64,000 nt of DNA, from assembly GCF_964355755.1 (NCBI RefSeq), contig NC_092674.1, positions 22,258,001-22,322,000 of the forward strand, written 5' to 3'. Each line of letters begins with the position of its first letter. Within the stretch, counting starts at the first letter, position 1. Under the pieces are notes generated by a model. The model worked only from the letters and a program-made list of their open reading frames with translations, was not told the DNA's origin and searched no databases. Origin of the DNA: Antedon mediterranea (Eukaryota > Animalia > Echinodermata). Both the position numbers and the translations under genes were made by a program. Positions 1-12,586 of the stretch are shown here, piece by piece.

Positions 1-519
1 ACATAATTTAATCAAAATTGTCTATAGTGTTGAGATCTACTAAAAACTCGTTATTAAGCTCATATAGCAGGCAGTGTAAATAGAAGTCTGTAATAACGTA
101 AACTGAATTTAATATACAACTTTCTTAAGATCTTTTTATGAGATGTTTTTATTGAGTAATAAACATTGAATTGTAAAATCGAGTTATTGTATTGCACATA
201 GCAATAACAACATTTATTTTCGTTTGTTATTATGTGCATGATATTTTAACAAAAGAACATCGTACACATACTATTCTATGTAGATGCTTCTGTTTTTTTA
301 AAGTGACAATATGTGATAAATAGTAATTATCATGTTTTACTTAGGTATACTGCCATACAATAAAATACATCTTTTTTGTTTAGTTATTTGTAATTGTTAC
401 AAAAGAGAAAAATATTGGGTGTTATACCCTTAAATATTTTGATTATATATTATAATATTCAAGATTTTTACAAATAGTGTTAACGTTTCTGTTAATTCAA
501 TCATTTCCTTACTTTATAG

Positions 520-654
520 ATGAAACTGATAATATAAACAATTATTACACTGAAGATGAAAGTCCTACCGTTTCATTTGACTACAATGAAGAGATGGAAA
601 ATTATGAACGTTTCTTGGAACAACAAATGGAAAACAAAGAAGAGACACCAATCG
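520..654 (+). CDS. Internal exon (phase 1-1) of unidentified acidic protein: (D)ETDNINNYYTEDESPTVSFDYNEEMENYERFLEQQMENKEETPI
   Basis: Pyrimidine tract plus tatAG acceptor at 518-519, open purine-rich frame, G|gtaagc donor at 655; 135 nt. An alternative in-frame donor lies at 700. Confidence 0.65.
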
Positions 655-731
655 GTAAGCAAAGGAACGGAATACCTCTTAGGCCCGAGACACCAATCGG
701 TAAGCAAATAAACAGAATACATTTTAGGCCT
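642..731 (+). repeat. 45-bp tandem duplication spanning the exon donor site
   Basis: gagacaccaatcggtaagcaaa...ttaggcc starts at 642 and again at 687. Confidence 0.9.
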
Positions 732-1867
732 ACGAATAGTGTCTGATTCGACCATAAGTTAAAATGTTTATAGTTATAGTAAACATTTTCAGCTCTATAA
801 ATAATAATTATTCGATGGACAGCTTTAACAGCTATTTAGAATATAGTTTAATCTTCATTTTCATGTTTTTGGGCGAGAATAGGCTACATCTTTAAGGTGT
901 AACTCGTTTGTCACTACTCTGAAAATTGGTCTTCAAGTTTAGTTGGGTTGAAACATATTTGGTCATCTTTGCTTTTTGTTTCATCTAAATATTCTTCGCT
1001 GAAAAAGTTCTTTTTTATTCTGAATCCTTAACAAACTGACTATAAAATCGTGCAATGATATTTCCAATATATAAGATAACAATCAATCTATTGATAGTGG
1101 TAACACGAAAGTTGCTAATTATAACAAGGCAAGATCGACATTACTGAATTTCACTCTTCCCTGTTATAACAACAATAGATATTTATTGAATACATACATA
1201 TCCAAGTCTGTCTCTCAATTAAAACATGTTAGGTCTATTATCGTGAAATAATAATAAAGTGAAATTTTTTCCTGGACTCAGAATACACAATTATTAAAGA
1301 TGAGAATATAATTTAAATTGTTGCCTTAGACATTGATTAAACTTACTTTAGCAAAGGTGACATGAAAAAAGTTTGTGTAAACTTCCCTGAAAAACATTGT
1401 ATTTTGGCTAAGTTCCATATAATAAGGCATATAGGTCCTACATGCCATAATATTATGAATTGTATAGAACAATTTCAGTTTTTCTATCTTTGTAGTTTTT
1501 TTTTAATCGTATTTTATGAAATGTGTTTTTTACTATGCATGTATTGTATGAAACATGGTTCAGTAAATGAACAAAAAGTTAAGGAAAACTAAAAATATGT
1601 ACTTGGCGGATTTTCAAAGAAAAAAGAGATTTTCTCGTAAATATACAAATATATTAAATGATCCACTTTTTAGTTGTATTCATATCATCACAATGTATAG
1701 GTTATCATAGCTAGTCATCATGCGACAGTTTCTTTTTCTGTGACATTCCACCACGACTTCTTCCTTGTTTACTGTGGGCATACTTTTAGGTTTATTATCC
1801 ATTACATTATGTTGGCATTTCATTGTCTATAACATAACCATGATTTTATATTTAACAATAATTATAG

Positions 1868-1996
1868 ATAACAACAACGTTGAACTTGATGAAGATATCT
1901 TAAACGAAATAATGATGACATATTTAGAAAATGATGAAGATGGAAATGAACAAACCAGAAACGATATTTTAGTAGGCCTCAATGAAGATGATGAAG
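1868..1996 (+). CDS. Internal exon (phase 1-1) of acidic protein: (D)NNNVELDEDILNEIMMTYLENDEDGNEQTRNDILVGLNEDDE
   Basis: attatAG acceptor, AG|gtaagt donor at 1997, 129 nt, Asp/Glu-rich open frame. Confidence 0.7.
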
Positions 1997-3043
1997 GTAA
2001 GTGGCGTTAAGTAATCTTTAAACATCTATAAACATCGTTCAAATGCGCCAAATCTATGCTCCGGGGAAAGAGAGGGCTCTCATAAAAGCGTTATACGCTG
2101 CCAAAGTGTTGTCCACATTCAATAAACCTTGATAAGTAGTTGCAACCAGTTCTGCAACAAAAGGTTATATACCAAATTAAAAGTTTTTTTTTAAATAAAT
2201 ATATAATAGACTGTTCATATTTAGACCAGTGAACCGATGGCACTGTAGAAGGTGGCAAATTATTTATTTATTAAAATTCAATATACAAATCAATTGGAGT
2301 TAGGCTAACTGTAATTAAAACTAACAACCAACGTTTTGTCTTTTTATCCCCTTTACATCTTCTGTTTTTTACAGAAAAAAAACTACATGTACAAACAATT
2401 ATACATTTTCTAAAGAATATTTTAATATATTTTCTTGAGAATGTCTCTTATTCCATATAATTTCAATAGAGGTTTAAAAAAAAATATTTTCTAATATAAA
2501 TATCATGATTATAGAAGTTTTAGCATTCTTTTTTGTAGAAATTTCTTTCTTTGTTCATAATGCATTTTTATAGATTTCTAAAAAAAATATGATATCGATT
2601 GATTTATGTAGAATATCTATAATCTACCTAATCTATGCTATAGTTAATTGTTTTTGGCCACTCGACTCGCCTCTAAAAGTGTTCATAGAATAATACAGTA
2701 TAGCCTAACATCCTTTAAGGGCACGATATCCAAAGTGATGTTTTACGACTCGTGCTTCTGGTAATTCTAATTTTCAAACACGGGAAATGATGATATTAAG
2801 TTGTATTTTTAGATCTTAGAATTATTACTTGAAATCTGTTCGTGGTAAAACGTATTTTCAGTTATCGCGGTTGGTTTTTAATTAGTTCTGAAACAGCATT
2901 TACAAGATATGGAAAGATAAGCTCTTGGAAATTATATGTCCAGGCTGTGTATTTATTTATCTTACTTGATCTTATGATAAATGTGGAGATTGATGTTTGG
3001 TCGAAAACTACTATCATTTTTGTTGCAAGGTAGTTTATCCCTA

Positions 3044-3224
3044 AAGCTTGGTTCCCACTAGAACGTAACGCAAGGACGTAAACGCAACGCAAGCGTTTTA
3101 ACCAATGACAAGCGAAGTTATAGACAGTTAGCAATCAAAAGCGAATAAGCCATCGCTTGTGATTGGTCAATTCACTTGCGTTGCGTTACGTCCTTGCGTT
3201 GCGTCGCTAGTGGGAACCACGCTT
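3044..3224. mobile_element. Palindromic MITE family A (AGCTTGGTTCCCACTAG termini; Harbinger-like)
   Basis: Long imperfect inverted arms gcttggttcccactag / ctagtgggaaccacgc, flanked by TAA/TTA. Related copies at 24597-24745, 34990-35138 and 50085-50233; partial copy near 10390-10455. Confidence 0.8.
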
Positions 3225-3464
3225 TACAGACACAATTTGTCACGGTAACGTACCCGCTAAACGGGAGTGAAGTGGGGTGGGGGTTCAAACGCACTGTTTG
3301 GATATGAACGAGTGATTGCTCACCAGGTTTCATAGCTTCAACTGTCTTTCTTATTAATAATATGCATATTACCGTTTGTGTATCAGTATCTTTTTAACTT
3401 CTAGAGGTTCGGTAGCTGTTATATCACAGTTTGCTTTTAATAACATCATGATTGTTTTCTTAAG

Positions 3465-3620
3465 GTGACATAAACACACAGACCGTCGAGGAAGAAGCAG
3501 AAGAAGAAGAACTTATCATAGCTGAGAATATTTTACGTGAAATAGAAGATGAATTGCAGAAAGAAAAAATTAAGCAACAGAGTTTATCGAAAAAGAAAGC
3601 CCTTCAAGCCGTACCAAAAG
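3465..3620 (+). CDS. Internal exon (phase 1-1) of acidic protein: (G)DINTQTVEEEAEEEELIIAENILREIEDELQKEKIKQQSLSKKKALQAVPK
   Basis: ttttcttaAG acceptor, AG|gtatga donor at 3621, 156 nt, Glu-rich helical/coiled-coil-like frame. Confidence 0.7.
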
Positions 3621-3959
3621 GTATGATGTAGCTAGGATTTAATCAGTTCTTCTTTTGAATTTAAAGCACCACGTGGAACAGTCACATTCTTACCTTTAAC
3701 CTTTAAAGATAAAAAGACGACTATTAGTTTTTAAATTTTGGGAAACACAGATAGATTAAAACATAAATTATACACGGTATCGCTACTTAAATATGAAAAA
3801 TGTACTGATAAAATTGTAACGTAAAATACAGTATCACTACTTAAATATGGAAAGTACTTACAGTATACATTACAACATTAAATAGGATATAAAGAATAAT
3901 ATAACAAGTTAACTTATTTGAGAAAATCTGATGAAATATCAGTTACAATTTATTTACAG

Positions 3960-4006
3960 ACAATCTAAAATGTCCTTGCATTGGAAGAGTATGTAATTTA
4001 AACTAA
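3960..4006 (+). CDS. Candidate terminal exon of acidic protein: (D)NLKCPCIGRVCNLN*
   Basis: tatttacAG acceptor in matching phase 1, TAA at 4004-4006. An internal gtatgt donor at 3989 is an alternative. Confidence 0.45.
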
Positions 4007-5599
4007 TCTGAATAATACGAGTATAGAAATAGCTCTGAATTCTATCAACCTCGTTAGGATCGTAATAATAATGTATTATTTATATCATTGTTTTGTGGCT
4101 GACCAATTTTGTTCCAATGTTTGTTGTTTTCTATCGTAATATAATAATATGATTTAAATTATGTTGGTGAAATTTAAACTTATCTGTTTAATATGAGGAT
4201 ATTAACAGAAATATCTTGTATTTTACCAACATCATTAGGATCTAAATAATAATAGTGGATCTGACTTACGATTGTGTTCGCTTGTATTGAAAGTTACAAC
4301 TTCTATACATACAATATGATCATTTAAAATTGCATTGAATTAAGCTTTACAACCGATGAATGACTATGAATTTTTAATCAGCCAGTTTTACATTTCTTAT
4401 CAAATGAGTGATGTAGGTTTATTTTAATTCTTGAGTTGAATCTTAAAATACTGTGTTAGGCTTTATCAGTATCTTATTTGTATTCTTGTCTTGTTTTTGA
4501 ACGTACGCGAAATGACCTAAAATGACGTCACGTCAATCACCCTCTTCAATAATCAAGAGTACCCGGGTTAATTTTATTTCAACGGCGTTTAAATAAAAAT
4601 GTTTACAACAAGATTATCAATCTTTGTGCACCGTATTTGTATCTGTATCGCGTAATACAAATCAGATAATATTTTTAATTGGAAAAAAAACGTTATTATG
4701 GAATAATACTTAGCATGATGAATGATTTAGATTCAGATTATAATATCTCGAATATTGTTGGAAAATTATTTTTGCTGATGTATTTTTCTTATATACATGA
4801 TACTAGCATTTCCGGCAACTCCAAAACTTTATTTAACATGCAACGTGTTTTCAAATTAACCGAATGTCGACTTACATTAAATTATGCTTTTTTTTTTCTC
4901 TAGCTATATAAACATCCGTCTACATTTTAAATTGCTCTTGATTAGAAAGTGACATTTTAGAATCGAACATTTGTTAAACTAATCAAGCTTACAATACCTA
5001 CTGTTCGATATCGATTTGAAATAACACTACTAATAGTAGTATCAAATTGCTTTGTTTTAAAAAGGGAATTTAAGAAACATAAACTAATTTCACAGTGGCC
5101 TATCATAATACCATAATGCATAAAATAAAATGCTATTAATTACACAACTAATCTTCGACATTTGATAAATCGCCCTACAAATATGAAGTACTATTAAATT
5201 GCGATAGCAAAGAAGATAGCCAAATTTAAACAGACTGTAATTAAGCAATTCTCTAATCTACGGACGTAATTTTTTATCCTTCATTGTTACGATTCATTGT
5301 GTGGCAACGCAAAATTAATGTAAATTTTACTTATTACGTCATTTATATCAAGTACGTCGGTTGTTGTATTATGGCCATATCTGTACAAAGTAGTGTAGGC
5401 CTAGTCCGTCGATAATGTTTAATAATGTGCAAACATAATGGAAATGTTACGTATTGATTCTTATCGTATCCACTACCTAAATAAATATTGAGTCATTGAA
5501 TATAATTATAGAGTTTCGGAGAAGGAAAGATTCATAATGACACTAGCTTTTAGACACACCTGAATAGATTTGATTGGAGAAGTAAATTGTTTTATACTA

Positions 5600-6025
5600 G
5601 GCCGAACTAGACTAAATCAAAATGTATTATTGACATTCTAAGTATTCATGGTTGAAATTGAATCTTCAGATAATAGTAGGCCCTATGTAGGGTTTTTAGA
5701 TTATCTATAATTCAAACGATAACCATCTATCAACAGGCTTCATCGTCGTTAGACATAGCGCGTTCCACTATGTTGTGTCGGTTGTGTCTCAAGTGGGCGA
5801 TCTATAAAATGTTATTATTTAAGTAGGCACCAAACGCAGCAGCAATCCAGAACATTATTAGTCCTAAAAATCTTCGATTTGTAGTCCTATATTTTTATTT
5901 GTTTAGTACATTCACGCTAGGCCTAGCTAGACCTGATGATATTGAAAATCGAAGTGCATTATATGACATTTTCAGTAGTCTTGGTTGAAATTGAATCTTC
6001 AGATAATAGCATACTAGGTTTTTTT
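5600..6025 (+). repeat. Dispersed direct duplication (~90 bp, two copies)
   Basis: ggttgaaattgaatcttcagataatag and flanks occur at about 5650 and 5983. Confidence 0.7.
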
Positions 6026-6082
6026 ATTTGAGATTAGTTACATTTTCTTTGAATAATAAAGTGCACTTCACTTTATTTCAAT

Positions 6083-6271
6083 AAGGTTTATCGCAAATAG
6101 TGTGACAGAGGGACAGATGCATGATGGGAAGGAATTGGAAGCAATAGCGCCACCACAGTATTATAAAGTTTATATTTATTTATTTATTATATCGGTGGCG
6201 ATTGCTCCCAACCCCTTCCCATCGTGCATTGTGCAATGACGTTTTCAATCAAGCTATTTGCGATAAACCTT
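6083..6271. mobile_element. Palindromic MITE
   Basis: 18-bp TIR aaggtttatcgcaaatag / ctatttgcgataaacctt plus internal inverted arms (tgcatgatgggaagg..gcgccacc / ggtggcg..ccttcccatcgtgca). Confidence 0.8.
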
Positions 6272-9009
6272 GTTATTAACCTGTATAAATATTGAAATAT
6301 AACATGAACCTCTAGTTTAGAAGACTTTTCTAATACGGCCAAACAGAACTCTTTTCGTATACAGTATATTTATTATCCAAATTGGGTATAGAATCATAAT
6401 TGACCGTTGGGGGCGACAACTTGCATCTGTTTATACCTAGAGAAACTTTATGTCTTCTGGTGTGTTTATGTTTTAAAACTTAAAATGCTTCGAATTGAAA
6501 TCGGTGCAAGATTCCAAATATTTGAGAGAGATCTTAGCTTTGTGCTTACCTAGATTTAACCTATTCCCTTGTCTCTGCTATGTAAAAAAGATAGTATTTT
6601 CAGTTAATAAAAACAAATATTTCTTTTTTGAATTCTACCGCATAAAAAAACATAGAAAGATCCTCTTTGTTTACAATCTATACCCGCCAATTTAGTGACG
6701 TCATCATGGTTCAATATTTTCCTCTTTTACACCCTAGACTACCCCCTAAGGACAACTATCTTACAATTACCTCATTGATTTGACAGGTAAAAGTATGAAA
6801 CTTCTGAATTCTAGTATCTCGAATAATTGGAATTTAATCGCATTTATGTGTGGGTGGTGGAATTTACCAACTTAATGTTTTTGTATAATAAAGCCATTAG
6901 AAGCGTCATCACACTGTAACCTTATGTACTTATACTAATGAATAGACATATGAAGGCTAATTTAATTTACTAACATACTGCATATCTGCGGAAGTGAAAT
7001 ATCGACAATAAACTTGTGTAATTATTACATTACAGTTGAAGCTATAATAACTACTTCACATTATCAATAACTCCCCACGCATAGTAAATCCAAAATGCAG
7101 ATAACAATATCGTGATTTATAGGATAATGGGGAATGTTATTTGTCGTTAAGATACATCAAAGCACGTTTTATATACTTTTCTTTTTTTTTCTGACTTGCA
7201 ATGTGTATTTTTAAAAACTTTGTTACGTAGGCTTGCGTATTTCCATCTTGGCTATAATAATGGTATACACTGAATGTTTATGAGTGCAATGGGGCAAATC
7301 ATTATGTATATGTATCCGGATGTAAAAGATGAGAAATATAACATTTCACCTACTTTCGAAAAGACAGAAATCCGAATAGAGCAATTTTATACGGCGTATC
7401 AATATATCTCATTAGGATATGCAATAGTAAAATTACACGCTATCTGTAGCGTATAAATCAGTATTTTTATTTTATTTTCTTTTTTTTTTATAGTTTAGTA
7501 TATTTAGTTTTTATAGTCAAAACAGCCAAAAACAGAGACACCGTCATATAGATGGATGTTCGTTTGTTTCTAAATAATAAAGTGCGCTGGGTGTCATGAT
7601 CTATGCAATCACTGCGTAAAAAAACTAAGAAATGCGGGTGAAATTTCACAAAAGAGGAAAAACAGACCAAGAAAAGTATGTGAAATCCCCACAAAAGAAA
7701 AAAAAAATCTATTTTTAGTGTATGTATACACATATTGCGACTTCACAATACAATTTGGACTATAATAACATTTCTTTTTAAATCAATAAAAGATGAATTT
7801 TAAAATTGACAGTAATTTGTAATGTAAGGCAGAAAAATGAGTTGCATAAAAAATAAAACGTATCGACATGTTTGCCCTTTTCACATTAACCTGTAGTCAT
7901 GTCGTCCATAATTTGATCATCATAAGACCACAGGCAGACGTCGTATGAATTGTAAGCAGTTTAAATATTATTTATTTCATTATTTTGTAAGAATAATGAT
8001 CGATTAATCATCACTTTAACCTTTGGATTGTTTGGGGGCATCAATAGTTTATAAGTTTAGTTATGATTGGTGAGTTCTTATCATGATGTTATTGTACTTG
8101 TTATATTATTATAGTATTCATCTTATGAGGTATGAAGGATATTAGTATTATTATTATTAATATCATTATCGCACAACACAAAGTAAACGAAGAGGTCGGA
8201 AGATATCATCAATACTTGATAGAGTTGTACAACAAAGTAAACTTACTAGATGCAACTTCATTGGAGCCTGCTTCAACAGAAATTTATAATTCCCAGCAAT
8301 GTTTTAACTGTATATATGAACTGTTTTATAAGTTGTTTTGTGACTGTGCAATTTGGTAGTAGTCACTCTCATACTGTACATTTAAAAGTAACACATCCAA
8401 ATGGCAACTTTAAGTCAATGGCTACCAGATGTATCTGTGAGACGGTTATTTGAACCAGTACCAGTACCAGCTGCCAAGAGAAAGAGTTTGATTGGAAACG
8501 ACCTTAGTCCTATCTATGCACTCTCGTCTGGCCATAGAATCTGTTAAAATTGTGTCGATAAATGGAGCGAGGAGAAGCCATCACTGAAGAAAGGCTACGT
8601 GTAGGGCAATCAAAAGCAAAGTATGGAGTAAAAGAAAGAAATTCTACCTATATGTTGAGAAAATAAATTACTTATGTATTGTAGGCCTATCGTTCTGAAA
8701 TTGTGTTTGTAATATTTTTGTTTACACTATCTTACTCTTTCTATCTCGATTTTCAGTGACGTCAATTATTGCGTAATCTGTTACATGTATTTACTTAATT
8801 AAAATGTGCGTGATCAAAAACAAATTAATAATAAAACATTCGGAAGTCATAATATTGTTGCTTAACAACATCGATTATTCATAATTTGACCCACGTTTTT
8901 TTTAGGCCTATATGAATATAGAATAATTACGCAGACATTTATTTGATGAGCGATGTATACCATTTCAATTTTCCTATTATAGTGGTAACTTGAATTCTGA
9001 CGTCATTCA

Positions 9010-9122
9010 TTTTTAGTCGCGTGGACGCGACTCTATAGTTCACTATGTCGGTCGGTCGGTCTGTCTGTCGGTCCGGTATCACTATGCGTTTTAGCACGCG
9101 ACTTATGGCTGTTGGCCTTGTT
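9010..9122 (+). mobile_element. Helentron-associated (HINE/DINE-1-like) non-autonomous element
   Basis: Starts in a T-run. subTIR agtcgcgtg with adjacent inverted copy cgcgact, (GTCY)n microsatellite, 3' subTIR cacgcgact, short terminal hairpin, ends in TT. Confidence 0.75.
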
Positions 9123-10469
9123 AAATTACAGCAAAGACCATAATCAATGTAAAATTTAAGACAACCGTAAATCCTGTATTTGATTTTAATTGGAAAAAAT
9201 ACATCCGGAAGTGTATTTTATCATTGGTAATTTCATTATGAAGAGTTTCATTTTAAACCTAACAAACTTCATTAATCATTCAGTCTGTAAATATTCAATA
9301 ATACATTTTTAATTTGAGAAAATTTTACTTTACGTGTGATATATCCTATCAAATTATTTATTCATCCTATTGTTCCGGAGTATGACGTCACTAAATACCA
9401 ATAATTGATTTTCAAAACATTAAAATGCGTAGGATGTCAAATCCATCCTATACCGGTATCGTTTTAACAGTTCCCATGAAAGAGGCGAAAATTGAATTGG
9501 ATAGAAAATTTAAATACATTTATAGCATCGTCGTAATGAAGCACAGAATATTATTTAAAGTAGGACATAAAACGCGTTTTAACACATAGGGTACTATATT
9601 TTAATTGGGTTTTTTTTCTCAACGAAATAAATTATTTATAATCAGTGTTTTTTATTTGAAAAAAAAAAATGAATCTTGAGAAATAAAAAATATTAAATAA
9701 TGGTAATAATATTCAATAGTATAATAACATATTGTAATATACATAATGTTTTCTTTGCCAAGTTTGATTTTAATTTATAGGGGCCTATGCTTTACGTTTA
9801 TTTTAATAGACATTTAGTCTAAAATCTCTATATAAAATATGAAATCTACTAAAGTAATTGTTCAAATAATTTTGTCCTTACTACTTCATTATATATGATA
9901 ATTAAACTAATCGGCGTCTGAGCCAGGCTGTACGACCTAGGCAGAATCTGACCCATGGGAGATGTAGGTTCTTTATATTATTTTACACTGGCTGTTAATT
10001 GTCATATTAGAATAACAAGTTCGGTACTGATGATCGCCATCTGATCCTAATTATTATAGTTCATTGTGAGTAGTATTAGGACTGCCTATGCACTACACAA
10101 CAGAGACAAATTATAACATAATAATAATTTAGTAGTTCGCATCGCAATTACCGTAGTTTCATTTTTAATGTAATCAAATTCATTCTGAGGATATGAGCTT
10201 AAAACGGTCTTATAATGTACCGTGCGTAATTTGTGGAGTGAATTTATTATAATTATGCACGATGATTAATTTTAGAAAGATTGAATTCAGTGAAATGTTT
10301 GATTATGCTTCCTTGAATTAATCATTTAATTAATGTATCTTACTATTAGTAGTAGATAATGATATGCACTTGTATATGCATTATTATTTGATTGGTTTCT
10401 TACTTTATGGTCGGTACGTTCTTATATATTGCGTCCTAGTGAGAACTGAGCTTAACAGTTACCAACATG

Positions 10470-10755
10470 TAACATCAGCCATAGTAATAATAGGAGCAGT
10501 AGCAATAGCCACGTGAAGCAACAGTTTGCTACAGTATAATTTGTAGCAGTAACATTGGTCACATCAGTAACAGCAACAGTTGCCACTGTAATAGCAGCAG
10601 TGGTAGCCCCAGTATTAGAAAGCAGCAACAATAGTTGACACAGCAGCAGTAGTGGTAGCCCCAGTATTAGAAAGCAGCAACAACAGTATTCCCCTCAATA
10701 GCAGCAGTGGTAGCCCTAGTATTAGTTATAGCAACAACAGCAGTTCCCACAGTAG
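10470..10755. repeat. CAG/AGC-rich degenerate tandem repeat (~50-57 bp unit)
   Basis: agcagcagtggtagccccagtattagaaagcagcaacaa repeated about 3 times. Confidence 0.75.
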
Positions 10756-11649
10756 ATGACCCCTTCTGAAACAAGCTTTCCAGTTTAAAGAGTTATCCTC
10801 TGCTATGTCATATTTCCTTGTTTGCAGTGGTTTTGACATCTTTTAGTTCATCTATAGTGTTAATGTTTTGTTCTATTACAAAGCAATACATATTACAAGC
10901 AAACAAACAGTAGCAGTCGCCATCGCTGTGATATATTATTTGTAAATTAACGCTATCATCAACACCGCTACCGTATAATGTATAACGTTACGGTACGGTA
11001 TCTTCACCATCTAATCAACAGTTAATAAAATTATAGTATCAACACTACTCTGATTTTATCATCGACTTCTAATCAGCTTCTTGTAAATCCAACCATTAAC
11101 AAAAAATAAAGTATAATTGCGCCATAAATCACTCCACGTATCATAGCAAAATGAAATTCCAGAGAGTGCTATTTTTGACAAGTCGTGCAATTTCATCAGA
11201 AGTGTAATCACTAATTAATGTCTAGAGAAAAAAAATTTTATTTTCATTTTCTATTTTATTTTACTGCTGTTATCCAGTAAATTTAACCTTTACAGTTAGT
11301 TTTGATTCAACCATTATAATAATTACTATGGCAATCACTGGTTATTTTCGTTTCATTTAATTTACCTTATTGTAATCTTAGAGTTTATATTAATGAGCTT
11401 TATGTATTACCTTAATTATTGAATGTATACTCTTCGTGGAAAGGTTCGGATCGCGACCGCAGAATTCATGAATATTTATTATTTTCTATGTTAAAGAAAT
11501 GCAAGATACACGACCTATTTCCTAAATCACTTAGCTTAAGCTTTTTCAATAATCTCTAAAAAAAAATACTAAAAACATTGAAGATGTCGATGGGTTTCGT
11601 ACCCAGGGCTTCACGACTATTCACTACTACTACTTTTTTTTTCTTCTAG

Positions 11650-11786
11650 CTCCGCCCGCAACATGTCCGGTTCTTGACTACCTTGTTGATGACTGTGAGA
11701 TAGCAGCGGTTGATGGAATTGGTGGAAATGGATATCGTCAAGCATTCAGCGTACCATGCAATTGGCATCAAGTATGCTATACATGT
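11650..11786 (+). CDS. Conodipine-like secreted PLA2-fold protein, exon A (phase 1-0): PPATCPVLDYLVDDCEIAAVDGIGGNGYRQAFSVPCNWHQVCYTC
   Basis: Strong (t)10cttctAG acceptor and gtaagt donor at 11787. F-x-x-x-C-x-x-H-x-x-C-Y-x-C is the sPLA2 active-site helix pattern, with HQ in place of HD. Confidence 0.8.
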
Positions 11787-12586
11787 GTAAGTATTATTAT
11801 ATGCGTTGTATATAAACATACAGATGTCTATATTGGTAAAGTGATAATCATTTTGTCACACATGACATGTCATACTGAAAAGACAAAATAATATGAGAGT
11901 TGGGATTGTGTCTATCGGTCGGCTAAACTTTTCACCAACCATTTTACGCCATTTCAAATAAAAATCATTTTATAATACGTATAGGGATATAGTATGCCGT
12001 GGCAATTTATAAGGACATTTTATGTAAATATCAATCAAAAGGCAAATTATTGAAAAAATTACTTACGAGCGGAACAATTTGCCAATACCATCATACATAC
12101 GAGATATTTAATTAAACAAATGTAAGCGTGTACGATATGCAATTTATACCTTGATTTCACCCGATTCCCAGTGCTGTATCTCCACATACTAGGCCTATCT
12201 ATTTCGGCTGATTGATTTTACACTGAACTTATATACCTTAGCACTTAAACTTAACCCAACCTATTATCTGTTGTATTTGTGTAAAAAAAACGAATGTCGA
12301 TAATGATACGACGCTAAACAATAGTGATTTTTATGACGCTAACGTGCATTTTCTAATTTCGAAAATTATTAAATAATATTATAGTTTAGTCCATTACCAT
12401 CATAAGCTTACACGGTTTTTTTTTATTCTTCGAGTTGGTTTGATAACATTTAAATTGTACTCAAATTATTCATGTTTAGATCTTGCTCGATAACTAGAAC
12501 TGTTCATTTAAATTTATTTATTTATCATTCCAACTTAACGAGGTGAAATATTTCACGCAATCTTTACATTTTGTCATATTTTATAG

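Noticed and set aside
3960-3988. CIGR resembles the start of echinoderm somatostatin/allatostatin-C-type SS1 peptides
   Set aside because: Only 4 residues match, there is an extra CP before it and no adjacent dibasic site, and no downstream phase-0 exon supplying F-x-P...C was found.
8584-8610. ctgaaga-aaggctac-gt-gtag, hammerhead-like start
   Set aside because: No GAAA box after stem II; likewise 55472-55490 lacks an intact CUGANGA/stem II.
10470-10755. Thr/Ala/Val-rich reading on the minus strand of the CAG-rich repeat (mucin- or antifreeze-like)
   Set aside because: The frame is broken by stops in the repeat units and has no splice support.
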